Source: a virus
Lineage: Duplodnaviria; Caudoviricetes
Direction: 5' to 3' (one strand)
DNA: 64,000 nucleotides
Virus record (IMG/VR): IMGVR_UViG_3300028833_000066
In this document: piece after piece, positions 61,290-64,000 of the stretch
How the letters are laid out: each line of letters starts with the position of its first letter
Numbering within the stretch: position 1 is the stretch's first letter
The notes under the pieces: model-generated
Seen by the model: only the letters and a program-made list of their open reading frames with translations
The model's database searches: none
What the model was told of the DNA's origin: nothing
Translations under genes and position numbers: made by a program

Positions 61290-62508
61290 TTATTATAGCG
61301 TTTATTAGTCTAGAATAAATCATCTTGGAGAATCTACTGCTGAACGAATACGTAATGGTGGTATTAGATCATTTAATAAATGGATGGCGGAATCTCCACA
61401 TACAGTAAGGAACTTATCAGTTGAACGCGGCATTTATTTTGACGGTATTATTTTAACTAATAAGGATAAAGAATACGAAAAAATAATGTTCTTAAATGTA
61501 GCTAATGATATTCCACTCAAAGTTGGAGATATTATGAACTGGACTCTTGATGACAAGTCTATTGAAAAATGGATTATTGTACAAGAGGAGAAAAAAGTAA
61601 ATGGAACGTATAGAACGTTCTGGATAATTAGATGCAATTATCTATTAAAATGGATTGATAATAGTGGTCATTTATTACAATCTTGGGCTTATGTTGTAAG
61701 TTCTGTTGATAGTAAAATTAAAGGTAATTATAGAACTTGGAATGCTATGATAACACCATAGCCAAATAAGTATGCGGAAATTTTAATGCCTTATTATCCA
61801 ATAGACCGTGCTACTAATTTTATAGTATAGGATGAGTCTTGGCATACTATTGAATGTGATTTTACAAGTGTTCCAGGAACTATTTATATATCATTGACTG
61901 AAAACAAAGTCAATTTAATTTATGATGATTTGGATAATGATATTGCTGATGTTGATAAGCGTGCAGTATATCAAGTCGTAACGCCGCCAATTGTAGAAAA
62001 GTTTGCTATTGGTAGCCCAATTAATCCTACCTTGACCATTATAAAAAATGGTCAGCCGCTGGTATTAGATAATCTTAATTATGAATTAAGAAGCAAAAAT
62101 AATGCAGTTGCTAAAGTGATTAATGGAACATTAATGGCGATAAGCGAAGGTGAAGCAGAAATTTATATTTATTTCCCTGACTTGCCTGAAACTGAAGAAT
62201 AGAAAAATTCTTTAACTTTTACAATTGAGGTATCCGCTGAAGAGGAAGTTGTTTCGTATTATATTGAAGGCCCAGATAAAATTAGACTTAATCGTAAGGC
62301 TACATATATATTGAAGTCTTCAAGTGAAAGTGAAGCAACAAATGTAATATTTTCACTTAATAATGATTTAGCTGAAATTATTTCTAGCACTGCTAATGAA
62401 TGTATTATTGAAGCAAATGAAAGAAATGTTTTAGGTGAGTGTATACTAACAGCTAATATTAATGAATAGCAATATACAAAATCAATTCAAATCATTCCAA
62501 TATGGTAA
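61282..62508 (+). CDS. Putative head-closure/neck protein with Ig-like C-terminus, 408 aa (code 15)
   Basis: 61384-61761 and 61894-62202 join via TAGs; RCNYLLKW. Confidence 0.7.
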
Positions 62509-62518
62509 GGTGATATAT

Positions 62519-63046
62519 ATGGCTGAACCTTATGTTGCTGGATAGCGTCGTTTCGCTGTAATGGGGCTTAATACTTTTAAGATTGCTAATAAATTAATGA
62601 CTAATTAGCGTATTTGTCGTCTTTTAAAATATCAAACACGCAATCCATTTGTTGATATAGATCCTGTTACAAAAAAGCCGCAACCAGATGTAGACGGTGC
62701 GGACTTAATTAATAGACAATTATTAATTGTTCCTAAAATATATGATGATAGTGTAGAAAAAATGTCGTATATTGTTTCTGTATTTGATGACTTTGTAGTT
62801 AATCAATTAAATCCAGAATTTAAAACTTCAACTGTTCGTTTTGATATTGCTTGTCCATATGATGAATGGATGTTAGATGATAAGTCTTTGCGTCCATATT
62901 TAATTATGCAAGAAATTGATATTTTATTTAATGAACAGCAATTAGCGGGAATAGGCACTCTTCAATTTTGGAGAGCTGATACTTTAACATTATCACCTTG
63001 GATTGGTGGTTATTCAATGAGGTATAAAATTAATGAATTTAACTGA
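62519..63046 (+). CDS. Putative tail terminator/neck protein (code 15)
   Basis: ATG 62519 is in frame with 62762 via TAGs; RPYLIMQEID..GIGTLQF. Confidence 0.65.
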
Positions 63047-63806
63047 TAATGAAATCTTAAAGTTTCAACGCGGAACTCCTATATTTCTTGAAGATATATG
63101 TGCTATTTATCCTGCTAAACTTGGAGAAATAATAGATATTGGATATGATGAATTTTAGAAATATTTAGGAATAATAATTGCAGAAAAGCCTACTGCGAAA
63201 GGTGATAATCAAGAAATGGCTTCTTTATTAGAAAATATTACAGATTTTTAGTATTTACTTTTAATGTCATCTTTAGACAAAACAACAAATACTTTATTAA
63301 AGTCAGCTTTTAGATTTTTTACTCATGAAGAAGCAACTTTTATATTAGACCCGCCGCAAATCATAGTAGGACCAATAGAAGAAAAACACATATTAACTGA
63401 AGAAAAATTTTCTGATTTTTAGCGTATTATTAGGAGAATGTACTTCATAGAACAAGAAGGCGAAGAGATTATTATTAATCAAAACGATTCTCCCGCTACT
63501 AAAAAATTAAAGATGTAGATGCGTGCTAATAGAGAAAAAGTACGTCAGGCCAAGGCACGTAAAGCTGCACGAGAAAAATCAGATTTAAAATTTTCAGATT
63601 TACTTGGTAGTGTAACTATCAATAATTGCGGCTTAAATATGGATAATATTTGGAATATTACCTATTATGCTTTTCACGATCAACTTAAACGAATGGGTTG
63701 GCGTGATTAGTTTGATATTAATAATAGAGCCGCAATGGCCGGCGCCAAAATTAAAAAGGAGCAATTGAAGCACTGGATGCGTTCAATTGCATCAAATGAT
63801 AAATAA
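63033..63806 (+). CDS. Hypothetical structural-module protein, 257 aa (code 15)
   Basis: In frame through TAGs to TAA 63806. Confidence 0.7.
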
Positions 63807-63826
63807 TTATAAAGGGGGTAACTCAT

Positions 63827-64000
63827 ATGGCTGTAAATATTTTTGATAAGTATGGCATAAAAGAAGTTGCTAACGTATATTTTGAAGCTCTAGACGACGA
63901 TCCTGCCGCTGGCGTATATGCTGGTGATATCGTTCTATTCCTAGACACTTTAAAGGTTTCTACCATTGAGACAACCGCTGAGACCACTGATGCTACTGGT
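63827..64000 (+). CDS. Probable major tail (tube) protein, partial
   Basis: YGIKEVANV..LFLDTLKVSTIETTAE; highly expressed codon style. Confidence 0.6.
   Translation, partial: MAVNIFDKYGIKEVANVYFEALDDDPAAGVYAGDIVLFLDTLKVSTIETTAETTDATG

Noticed and set aside
798-63806. Fragmented structural genes as pseudogenes of a decayed prophage or sequencing errors
   Set aside because: The breaks are in-frame TAGs, not frameshifts or TAA/TGA, and several fall at conserved Gln positions

Overview
A 64-kb segment of a large tailed dsDNA phage, most likely infecting gut Firmicutes/Clostridia, that reads TAG as Gln (genetic code 15). Dozens of fragments in the ORF track join in frame across TAG into intact genes ending in TAA/TGA. 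Layout: (i) 1-13.2 kb, minus strand: tail/receptor-binding genes, including a 2752-aa LRR/CotH-kinase-like protein; (ii) 13.4-14.9 kb: a SpoIID + NlpC/P60 + PG-binding endolysin; (iii) 15-30.6 kb: about 50 small minus-strand accessory genes, with an iteron-like array and a HAD gene split by a 5-nt insert; (iv) 31.2-32.6 kb: a TAG-rich SF2 helicase-like gene next to long hairpins; (v) 32.7-51.4 kb: a TAG-free, GC-richer island of about 45 consensus sigma-A promoters, each driving one or a few small genes or a non-coding RNA (one tRNA-like with two T-loops). The spacers carry GCCGGC, >20 AGTTAG-N6-CTAACT palindromes and matches to host regulator boxes (Rex-like, OmpR/WalR-like); (vi) 51.5-64 kb: terminase, portal, protease/scaffold, capsid, head-tail and the start of the tail-tube gene. 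The strongest novelty candidates are the promoter/operator/sRNA cassette island, its tRNA-like RNA, and the possible GTT-TAG-GTT 5-nt ribosomal hop. All counts were made by eye and no database searches were run.
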